This document shows, piece after piece, positions 46,304 through 53,910 of a stretch of DNA of 62,432 nt (its first letter is position 1; each line of letters opens with the position of its first letter). This DNA is from a virus. Its lineage: Duplodnaviria; Caudoviricetes. A program made the translations under genes and the position numbers. The notes under the pieces were generated by a model. The model was not told the origin of the DNA and did no database searches. It saw only the letters and a program-made list of their open reading frames with translations. The DNA lies in IMG/VR virus record IMGVR_UViG_3300037882_001611, positions 1-62,432 of that record. One strand, given 5' to 3'.

Positions 46304-47536
46304 TTATCCCCTGATATGAATGAGTTCGCCAAAATTAACGGTTGCACTTTTGTTGTCAATGGCTACCCAGATGGTTGGTAGATCAGTTAATGGTGGAGGA
46401 AGTTTCTCCATCACACCACAATAGAGATCAGAAAAAATCACTGCTGCGGTAGGATTATTTTCGATTATGTGTTCTCTGACAGGAGTCAAATCAGTACCAC
46501 CTCGACCTACAACCACAAGCTCAACGAAATCATCTTCTTCAAGAAATGTCTTTTCTTGGGTGATACGAGTATCAAACTGCACAAGAGTGAGCTTGCGGGG
46601 CTTAAACATGTCCTTGATGAACTTCACCTCAGAATTGAAGCGAATAACCTGTGAGTCAGTTACAGATCCAGATACATCGAGATAGTAAATGAGGTGATCA
46701 AGTTTACCATCATCTTCTACTCGTGATGGAAGATAGATATCATGGAAACGTCGATTAGGGCGACGCCATGAATAATCTGTATCACAGAGATCATGAAAAA
46801 ATTTGTGAAGCAAGGTTTCCCATGGAACCACAGGAGAGAGAAACTGCTTCAACAGAGTTTCAACTTCACCGGGGATATCTCCAGCTTGACCGGAGAGACG
46901 TGCTTGATGAGCAGCCTGAACAACGTTGCCAATTGCTTTGGCGATGTCTTCCTTGTCGTCACTGGGAATCAGATCACCGAGATTATCCTCAGGGTTTCCT
47001 TCTTGGTTCCCATCAGAAATGCCTTTCCAAGCGTCTCCCATCATTTTTTTGAGAGCAACAATAAAGTCCCAACCTTTACTCATTAGAGCATCATAGATGT
47101 CTTCTTCAGTAGCACGAGTAGGTGAATCAAAGCTATGATCGAGCCACGGCTTAATACCATGAAAAGAATATCCTGCTTTGTCGAGATCATTGTTAATCCG
47201 AATGTCACAAGCGTAGTTCCAAACCTGAGGATCACGATCACCGCGACGAACCATATGTAGTCTTGCAGGGTGCCAGAGTTCATGGACATTGACAGTCTTT
47301 CGAACTTCGGGATCCAAGGAGAGGAACCAGTGAGGATTCCACCAGAATTGATGGCCGTTGGTGGCAGCGGTAGGCACTTCCTCGGACCAAACAAAGTTCA
47401 TCATGGACATGAGAGGGCCGAGAAAGGCGGCATTATGGCCCATAAAGACTTTGGATTTGGTGATATCAAGTTGACGATTGAGTTCATAGAGATCAAATTC
47501 TCCACTCATTTTTTCGTTCTCTATGGGTTTGAACAT
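46304..47536 (-). CDS. Metallopeptidase + VWA-like protein (N4 gp25-like)
   Basis: PTAATNG, HELWH zincin motif, WNYACDIRIN, DVSGS MIDAS, GRGGTD. Confidence 0.88.
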   Translation of the reverse strand: MFKPIENEKMSGEFDLYELNRQLDITKSKVFMGHNAAFLGPLMSMMNFVWSEEVPTAATNGHQFWWNPHWFLSLDPEVRKTVNVHELWHPARLHMVRRGDRDPQVWNYACDIRINNDLDKAGYSFHGIKPWLDHSFDSPTRATEEDIYDALMSKGWDFIVALKKMMGDAWKGISDGNQEGNPEDNLGDLIPSDDKEDIAKAIGNVVQAAHQARLSGQAGDIPGEVETLLKQFLSPVVPWETLLHKFFHDLCDTDYSWRRPNRRFHDIYLPSRVEDDGKLDHLIYYLDVSGSVTDSQVIRFNSEVKFIKDMFKPRKLTLVQFDTRITQEKTFLEEDDFVELVVVGRGGTDLTPVREHIIENNPTAAVIFSDLYCGVMEKLPPPLTDLPTIWVAIDNKSATVNFGELIHIRG

Positions 47537-47765
47537 TCTTTTTCACCTTGTTTGTGAGAGTTTCTGTGAACATACAACGAGTACAGGTAAGATAGATAAT
47601 ACCGTCTTCTTGCTCCAAGTTATAATGGTGTTGGACACAGGATCTACGTCCGAGAGGATCACCATTGGTTTCAATGCTGCGTCTGGTGAGGAGACCGGCT
47701 TTTTTGAAGTCGGCCTCCGTCCAGTCGATGATGCTTTTGCCTTTGAGTATATCCCATATATCCAT
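47493..47765 (-). CDS. Hypothetical protein with Cys/His motif
   Basis: CVQHHY...CTRC. Confidence 0.45.
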   Translation of the reverse strand: MDIWDILKGKSIIDWTEADFKKAGLLTRRSIETNGDPLGRRSCVQHHYNLEQEDGIIYLTCTRCMFTETLTNKVKKNVQTHRERKNEWRI

Positions 47766-47769
47766 ATCT

Positions 47770-48828
47770 TTAACTCAGATAGCGGTTGAGGTCTCTTAGT
47801 GCGGTTGCGAATGCGGGATGGATGCGAAGTTGAGGCTTCTGAACCATTACGGATCGGAAAAAGAGCACTTTGAAATCAAGGCTGAAACGGCCAGCATAGG
47901 TAGACAGATCACCGAAGTTCTTTTCGTCAACCATTTCACACATATGTGTGATGTTCGCCCATGATTCTGCTGGATCGTTAGGAATCCGACAGCTAATAGG
48001 ATCATCAGTAATTTCCTTAATGGAAATCAAGTTTTCGAAAACACGAGTAAACTGAATGAAATCTACAGCAACACCAGAAGTGATTTTGCCAGCATATTTA
48101 TGTGTTTGTCGAGGGTCGATACCCTTACTGCTTGGTTCCCGTGTTTTGAGGAGTTTGTTGACAAATTCCCATGTACGAGGACAGCAGAAAGTTTTCTCAT
48201 TGTGATCTGGACGGAAATCCATCAGTTTGCTTGGATAGCGGCTGAGATACGCAATGATACGTCGATCCCAGTTATTTTTCAAAGCAACATCTTCCATCCA
48301 TTCTTTGAAGTTGACCTCCAAGACATAGTGGGAAAGACGACTTTGCATAGCAGTGCCAATAGGATTGGTAATTGCTCGGTCAGTGGCTAGATTACCTGCA
48401 CCACCAATGACCACATTAGGATGAAGGTTTCGTTGACCAGTTTTTCGATCCAGAACGAGTTTATAAGCGGATGCTTGTACTGCTTTGAGAGCTGCATTGA
48501 ATTCATCTAAGAAAAGCAACCAACCTTGTTTACCCTTAGGTAGTTCATCTCCCTCCAAAGGGAAGAGATCGCCAAATGGTACGAACATTGCCCGTTTGGT
48601 AACAGGATCAATCATTGGGAGACCTGACAGATCTTCGGGAGCTGAAGTACTAAGACGATGGTCAATCAATTCAAGATTTAATTTTTCAGCAACCTGAGCA
48701 AAAATGCTCGATTTACCAATACCGGGGGATCCTTCTACGTAAGGAACAACACCGGAATAGAAATCATCTTCGATTGCTTCTGCGAGTTGCCGAGGTGTTA
48801 CACGGTAGATGTTGTTGATGTCGTCCAT
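47770..48828 (-). CDS. MoxR-like AAA+ ATPase (N4 gp24-like)
   Basis: GSPGIGKS, LFLDEFN, AGN, CPRTWE; paired with the VWA gene. Confidence 0.88.
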   Translation of the reverse strand: MDDINNIYRVTPRQLAEAIEDDFYSGVVPYVEGSPGIGKSSIFAQVAEKLNLELIDHRLSTSAPEDLSGLPMIDPVTKRAMFVPFGDLFPLEGDELPKGKQGWLLFLDEFNAALKAVQASAYKLVLDRKTGQRNLHPNVVIGGAGNLATDRAITNPIGTAMQSRLSHYVLEVNFKEWMEDVALKNNWDRRIIAYLSRYPSKLMDFRPDHNEKTFCCPRTWEFVNKLLKTREPSSKGIDPRQTHKYAGKITSGVAVDFIQFTRVFENLISIKEITDDPISCRIPNDPAESWANITHMCEMVDEKNFGDLSTYAGRFSLDFKVLFFRSVMVQKPQLRIHPAFATALRDLNRYLS

Positions 48829-49256
48829 TATCTTTCGATATCCTGTTCTGTACGAGGCGGAATATACGCTTCGTAGGGGTTGTTTTCGGTACAAAGGTGG
48901 CCGATTGGTGTCATTATGAAATCACCATCTTCGTGACCCACCAAAGCAAGTACGGAACGGGGTTCCATTGTCTTGGCATCAAGACATGCCATAAGAGCTA
49001 GATCGCCTGCACCGGCGGCTTTCTGCAATTGATGAAACCACTGCTTATGGTGATCAGGAAGTTTACCGTGTTGGTCGGGAAGACCAATGGTTTCAATGGG
49101 CTTATTCAAAACTTCATTGAGACGACACCAAAGACCATTACTGAGTTCGATGATTGTGTTTCCATTTTTATCCTTGGTTCCTCGCATGATGAGATCGTTG
49201 CTAATTGCAGTTAGGAGATCCAGAAGATCTCGATTTTCTTTTCGAAGATTACTCAT
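48828..49256 (-). CDS. Hypothetical protein
   Basis: ORF with overlapping start/stop junctions. Confidence 0.55.
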   Translation of the reverse strand: MSNLRKENRDLLDLLTAISNDLIMRGTKDKNGNTIIELSNGLWCRLNEVLNKPIETIGLPDQHGKLPDHHKQWFHQLQKAAGAGDLALMACLDAKTMEPRSVLALVGHEDGDFIMTPIGHLCTENNPYEAYIPPRTEQDIER

Positions 49257-49495
49257 AATGAGGTTCCTTGATAGATAACATCGAATTTACCATCATTCCA
49301 AAAGCAAAGGATGACTTGACCACGTTTTTTTGTGACAGGATTATAACTGGTCGTAAATGGACGAATATTTTTATAATCTTCGTCTTTACGGAGTTCTTTG
49401 AGAGCTGCATTTAGTTCATCAACAGCTTGTGTGGTCCGTTCATATGGAGTGAGTTTAGGTTTCGGTTTCTTAAAGAAACGTGAGAAAATAGACAT
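49253..49495 (-). CDS. Hypothetical protein
   Basis: GAGGAG SD. Confidence 0.55.
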   Translation of the reverse strand: MSIFSRFFKKPKPKLTPYERTTQAVDELNAALKELRKDEDYKNIRPFTTSYNPVTKKRGQVILCFWNDGKFDVIYQGTSL

Positions 49496-49575
49496 TATTG
49501 AACTCCTCGATTAAAATAAAAAACCCGGAGAACCTAAGTCCTCCGGGCATTTTTGATTTGAAAGATAGACTGATT

Positions 49576-49989
49576 TTAGTCCAGCTCTTCGAGTTGCTTG
49601 AGAATGTCTTCCTTGGACATCGAAGCGAGTTCAGTGTTTTCACGGTTTTCCAAAGCTTCAAGCAGTTTGGCACGACGAGCACGCTTCTCACGCTTGGCGA
49701 GAGCAACAGCGTTCTGTTCCTGACGGAAGTCGATTACCAACTTCACCACGTTAAGCATTTCGTTCAAGCCGTTTTGCTGAGCAGTGTCACCACGATTGAC
49801 GAAGCTTTCTTCTCCCAGAGACTTGAGAGCACTGTTGACCGATTTGGCCACAGCATCAAGGCTGAAGCCGTTTGTTGCCGTCAAAGGCATTCCAAACAGA
49901 TCCTCAGTGGTGATGAGACCACGAGCAGAGGGGAATCGCATTGCCGTGGACAAAGCGATAAGCAGAAGGTTTTTTTCAGACATGTTCAT
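49576..49989 (-). CDS. Conserved phage coiled-coil protein (partner of the upstream 661-aa protein)
   Basis: RFPSARGLITTEDLFGMPL...LDAVAK...EESFV pattern. Confidence 0.7.
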   Translation of the reverse strand: MNMSEKNLLLIALSTAMRFPSARGLITTEDLFGMPLTATNGFSLDAVAKSVNSALKSLGEESFVNRGDTAQQNGLNEMLNVVKLVIDFRQEQNAVALAKREKRARRAKLLEALENRENTELASMSKEDILKQLEELD

Positions 49990-49992
49990 TCC

Positions 49993-51978
49993 TTAGAACT
50001 GAAGGTTATAGGCACGGCGATCACCGGACCCGGAAGTGACAATGACAACACAAGTATCGTCACGAGTCGAAGAGAAGCCCAGACCAGACAGACTGTCTGG
50101 GATAGGTTCACACTTGGTTTTGGAACCAAGCACCTCAAACACCTTGCGATGTTCGTTGAGGTCCGAACGGAGAAATTCGTTATAAATTCCCCGAGTTGGT
50201 TCTGGGTTATTACACCCAGAAAGTATAAAGAACCAGTGTTTATTGCCCTTACCAATCTGTCCATCCCAATGATTTGGAGACAACATGAGCGTATCGACCG
50301 GAACGAAAGTTTCTGTCTTGATGCCCCATTTATCTTTTGAACCAGTGGAAGAAACCAGTTTCTTGTTGACCACCAAATTCTTGAGTTGGCCAGCGAACAT
50401 TTCGAATTGAAAGACTTCATGTTGTTCTTTGGATTTCATTTCGAAAGCATAAGTATAGATCTTGCTTTCACCATTAGCCCAAAGTTCGAGAGTGAAACCC
50501 GGATCACGGGTATGACGCTTCGAGAACTGATGGATTGAAACAGCATACTTACCGTCACGAGGACGTTTCCAGCTCAGATTTTCGACGGGATCGACTTTGT
50601 TATGGTGATTAAGGCTGTTTGTATCAACATCGAGAATGCTCTTCGTATTATGATAATAAATATGTCCTTCGGGGCATTGAGCGTGCATGTCAAGGTCATC
50701 ACCATTGTACCATGCAAGTGAAACTCGCAACGGCACTTCGGTGTTACCACCTGCACGCTTGACCTTTTCCTTGATGGAGTCGGTGACTTCACCATCATAG
50801 GACCATGCAAATTGGTTATCCCATTGGAACAACCGAGCAGGATCATCTGAACCAGTGAGACTGACAAAGTTGTTGAGATGGCGATTTTGGACCATGAGAT
50901 CCATTGCTGTAGCAGTCGGCAGCACATCCTTGAGGAAGTCTTCGATTTTGATGGTTTGAGCGTCTTTGTATGACGGTAAGGGTTTGGTGGCCATGGCTGG
51001 AGCCAGAATCTCCATCAAACCACTGTCTTTCATCTGTGATTTTTTGGTTCGATTGGCCCAGAGAACATTATTGATGCTGACATCAGAGATTCGAGCAAAC
51101 CGACGATGTACAGCAGCTTCGAGACCAAGGCTCTTCAACTTATCGACAGCTTGTTCAGCCATTTTGGGCGTGATGAGAGCAGAGGTTCGCTTGTAGTTTT
51201 CGGGGGCTACCTTTGATTCGAACATTTTGACGGCATCTTCCAGATCTACACCTGTAGACAGGTCAGTTAGAAGAGTACCAATAACAGTATTGCGGAAACG
51301 AGCTTTCGGATCACTGACGTTAGCCCAGATGAAAGCATCACGATCTGAAGCTTCATTATACTGCTTCTGGATCTTTTGGAATGCCTTGACTGAGGCAAGA
51401 TGTTCTTTACCACGATAGATAGATTTGCTCTCAATGAGATCAATCACCGTTTCGAAGGATGCGGGAGTCAGTTCTTCCAGACCACGTTTGAAAACATGAA
51501 CGGTAGTGTTCAGATCACCACGATCCTTATCGGGAGTTGTACTGAAATGCTTGTCAGCAACTCGACCGTAGAAGTGATGCCACATGATAATTTCATGGTT
51601 GTCGGCATTGCTTTCGTGGCTGTATTGGCGTTCCTTGGTTCGGAATACACTGATAATGGGAGCCTGACGAACCAATGCCTGCATTGTACGTGCAACAGTA
51701 GCATAGGGTTCAGGTAGGTCAACCAAGTTATCCCAGACGGTGAGGCGAAGATGGGTGATCGGATCAATGCCCACGAGCAAACCGAGGCGTCGGATAAACG
51801 ACTTACAGCAGTTGCAGTCATGGACCGTTCGTTCACGAAAAATAGGATCAGTGCCTTCAGGGAAAGCAGCTAGATAACTGGCGAAGATGTCTTCGACATC
51901 AACGACGAACAGTTCATGCTTCTGCATGGCTGCATATTGGGCATGAACTGCCTTTGAAAAGATTTGAAATTCACTCAT
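49993..51978 (-). CDS. Large conserved phage protein with HDCNCC motif and YfaP/DUF2135-like domain
   Basis: YLAAFPEG...HDCNCCKSFIR; LRVSLAWYNGDDLDMH...LDVD...PVEN; start MSEFQ at 51978 follows GGAG. Confidence 0.65.
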   Translation of the reverse strand: MSEFQIFSKAVHAQYAAMQKHELFVVDVEDIFASYLAAFPEGTDPIFRERTVHDCNCCKSFIRRLGLLVGIDPITHLRLTVWDNLVDLPEPYATVARTMQALVRQAPIISVFRTKERQYSHESNADNHEIIMWHHFYGRVADKHFSTTPDKDRGDLNTTVHVFKRGLEELTPASFETVIDLIESKSIYRGKEHLASVKAFQKIQKQYNEASDRDAFIWANVSDPKARFRNTVIGTLLTDLSTGVDLEDAVKMFESKVAPENYKRTSALITPKMAEQAVDKLKSLGLEAAVHRRFARISDVSINNVLWANRTKKSQMKDSGLMEILAPAMATKPLPSYKDAQTIKIEDFLKDVLPTATAMDLMVQNRHLNNFVSLTGSDDPARLFQWDNQFAWSYDGEVTDSIKEKVKRAGGNTEVPLRVSLAWYNGDDLDMHAQCPEGHIYYHNTKSILDVDTNSLNHHNKVDPVENLSWKRPRDGKYAVSIHQFSKRHTRDPGFTLELWANGESKIYTYAFEMKSKEQHEVFQFEMFAGQLKNLVVNKKLVSSTGSKDKWGIKTETFVPVDTLMLSPNHWDGQIGKGNKHWFFILSGCNNPEPTRGIYNEFLRSDLNEHRKVFEVLGSKTKCEPIPDSLSGLGFSSTRDDTCVVIVTSGSGDRRAYNLQF

Positions 51979-52028
51979 TGTTGTTCTCCGGGTTTGGACC
52001 GATAATGGTTTGAAAAAACAAACCAAAT

Positions 52029-52063
52029 AAAAAATCCCACGCCAAATGAATGACGTGGGATTT
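52029..52063 (-). terminator. Intrinsic terminator ending the ncRNA/tmRNA transcript
   Basis: AAATCCCACGTCA / TGGCGTGGGATTT stem followed by TTTATTT on the - strand. Confidence 0.75.
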
Positions 52064-52400
52064 CTTCTAACAATTCTGTTGCAAGGCTGTTAGAAGCCCC
52101 TATCTGCTACCTATTAGGCAGCAAGACGAAGTGCCATTACTGGCGAATTGTCGTTGGCATTTGTTGCTAACTATCCCGTCACGGTGGGCCATTCCGGATC
52201 GCGTTCAATTTCAGTCTTTCGGATCGAGACTATTTCACCCCCATCAACTGCCCTGTGGGCTCGCCCGTCGAGCCCGGACATGCACTCAGAGAGGCACTTC
52301 CTGCTTTGGCGATCATTCCCACAGGACAGATGGTGGAGGTGGCGGGTACCGCCCCCGCGTCTCCGATTGTCTTACGTTGATCGAATTACGATCATATCCT
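52064..52400 (-). ncRNA. ssrA: tmRNA, circularly permuted two-piece (alphaproteobacterial type); tag ANDNSPVMALRLAA
   Basis: Acceptor piece ends GAC-GCGGG-GGCGGTA-CCCGC-CACCTCC-ACCA (CCA end at 52331); 88-nt intervening segment; coding piece starts GGGGGTGAAATAG at 52242 and pairs with CACCTCC, giving G3-U70; tag frame 52158-52117 followed by TAA TAG. Outer ends are approximate. Confidence 0.93.
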
Positions 52401-52419
52401 GAAGAATAATGCCCCCTAG

Positions 52420-53798
52420 AGCTTTAGGCAAGAGGGGTGATAACGGTGCATCATTCTTCTGAATTTGCAAACTCGGATGGCCTGCTGGTATATTGCTACA
52501 TTGAAAGCACAGGGACCAGCAGGGCGCACCAAAGATGAACCCGCAAGCATTGGAGTGTTTCAGATCCCATAAATGGGGTACGTTTCTCTTCCAATGCAGG
52601 CTTCGTCATTCCTAAATATCGTTGTATTCAGTAACTAATTTAACGAGTTGAGTCTGATAACTCAATACAGCTAGTCAATGCTGTATCCCCTGTTCGGATG
52701 CCTATTCAGGCAAATTTCGTGCTTTAGAGTTTATTATATTGGACTATCCAAAGCTGACCAATGTGCTTGCTTCGATGTCTCTAGCCACAATGTAGCTTCG
52801 TTTCTTTCGATGCCACGGAGATACGTGGGTTGTTTGGATCCGAGGGAACCAACCTCGCTAAGCCACCCTTAGGGCCGATCTACGTCTTAGGCCGCTCTCG
52901 TTAGTAATGATAGCTCCCCTGTGACCGAGCCGTCCTCAATTGCAGAACTTAATCTACGGAGAGGATGCATTGGGATCGAACCAATACCATCACCAATTCA
53001 AAAGGTGTTCGGGTACATGGACTCTAGGTTACACCCGTATGACCGTCAATTCTCGTTCCACTTGAGGTTTTGTCAGTGCCCGCCTGACTACACAATGCCG
53101 CTTAACGTCCATCTATTCACAGAATAGTGTTAGGACGACGGGAGCATGAATAACTCTGGTTCACGGAGCTTCTAATTGAGAGCACAACTTTCAATTTCGA
53201 TGCTAATTTCCTAACCAGTCTCCGTGTTCCCCAATCGGTACACTATGAGCAGTTTCCAACCGTTTCGATCTTCCTTGTCCTCCGGTCATGACTCCGGACG
53301 ATTAGAAGACACTGGTTGAACTCTTATTTCCGTTTCCACCCACGGTGCTGAGAGCGTATCATCAGACCCGGTGGATCTAGGCTTATCCAAAGTACCAGAG
53401 CCATGGTGGCGCCTATCTGGTTCATCCCAGCAACGGTCTGAATGGTCCTAACAATCATTCAGACTTTTTCTTGGTTTTAGAACATCGCAAAAAACCAATA
53501 TTCTCATCTTAGAAGGCCGGACCACCGCTTCGTTGCGACTTCTCGTGTTCGGCATGATCAAGAACCAAATTTCGACCTGCTACTATTAGGTGTTTAGGTC
53601 TATCAGCCTTCAAAAATGAGAGTGACCGTCATCGTTGGGAGCTACCCAATCACATCTGCCCAGTCAAGCCACCTGAATGTTTAATAAGATCTTTGAGGCC
53701 CATTCAGACTGAAGGTTTGAAGCCTCAAGAAATCACGCTATTCCTGCTGTGTACTTTAGCAGTTTTTTATCTATTGCAATAGATAAACATCTAAGCGT
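52420..53798 (-). ncRNA. Unassigned large structured non-coding region (one large or several smaller RNAs)
   Basis: No - strand ORF of 60 aa or more over ~1.4 kb in an otherwise densely coding genome; many stems; flanked by a hammerhead and tmRNA. Confidence 0.6.
52962..53037 (-). other. Degenerate tRNA-like element
   Basis: Perfect T-arm ATTGG-TTCGATC-CCAAT preceded by a 5-nt spacer and a 17-nt anticodon-like arm; D-arm and CCA not evident. Confidence 0.35.
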
Positions 53799-53844
53799 GG
53801 GTATGACCATTTGGTTTCGTCTCATAAAGACTCATCAGATACCC
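53799..53844 (-). ncRNA. Hammerhead ribozyme, type I
   Basis: - strand GGGTAT CTGATGA GTCT-TTATG-AGAC GAAA CC-AAAT-GG TC ATACCC: stem I, CUGAUGA, stem II, GAAA, short stem III, GUC cleavage triplet. Confidence 0.88.
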
Positions 53845-53910
53845 TGTATTTTTAGTTTGCCGCCCTGACTCTGGGGGATTGAGCCAGAGCGACAAACCAA
53901 AAAACCAGAC

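Noticed and set aside
49498-50340. 280-aa + strand ORF opposite two - strand genes
   Set aside because: Antisense to well-supported genes in an all-minus operon; no motifs
52331-52365. tmRNA 3' end as a prophage attachment-site remnant
   Set aside because: Both halves and the tag frame are intact, no integrase is seen in the window, and phage genes flank both sides
52131-53127. Short + strand ORFs (92, 84, 64 and 68 aa) in the non-coding island
   Set aside because: Opposite to local transcription, two overlap the tmRNA, no convincing SD, atypical composition
53325-53370. CUGAUGA followed later by GAAA on the - strand
   Set aside because: No convincing stems II, III and I around the core
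53512-53611. Second hammerhead-like arrangement CUGAUA-GACCU...AGGUC-GAAA-UUUGG...CCGAA-CAC
   Set aside because: Core lacks the conserved G of CUGANGA, has no U-H cleavage site, and stem I is interrupted by a long insert; kept only as part of the repeated-motif finding
52420-53798. CRISPR array, RNase P RNA, SRP RNA or group I/II intron as the explanation for the island
   Set aside because: No regularly spaced repeats, no GAGGAAAGUCC or SRP loop signature, no intron core recognised and no interrupted flanking gene
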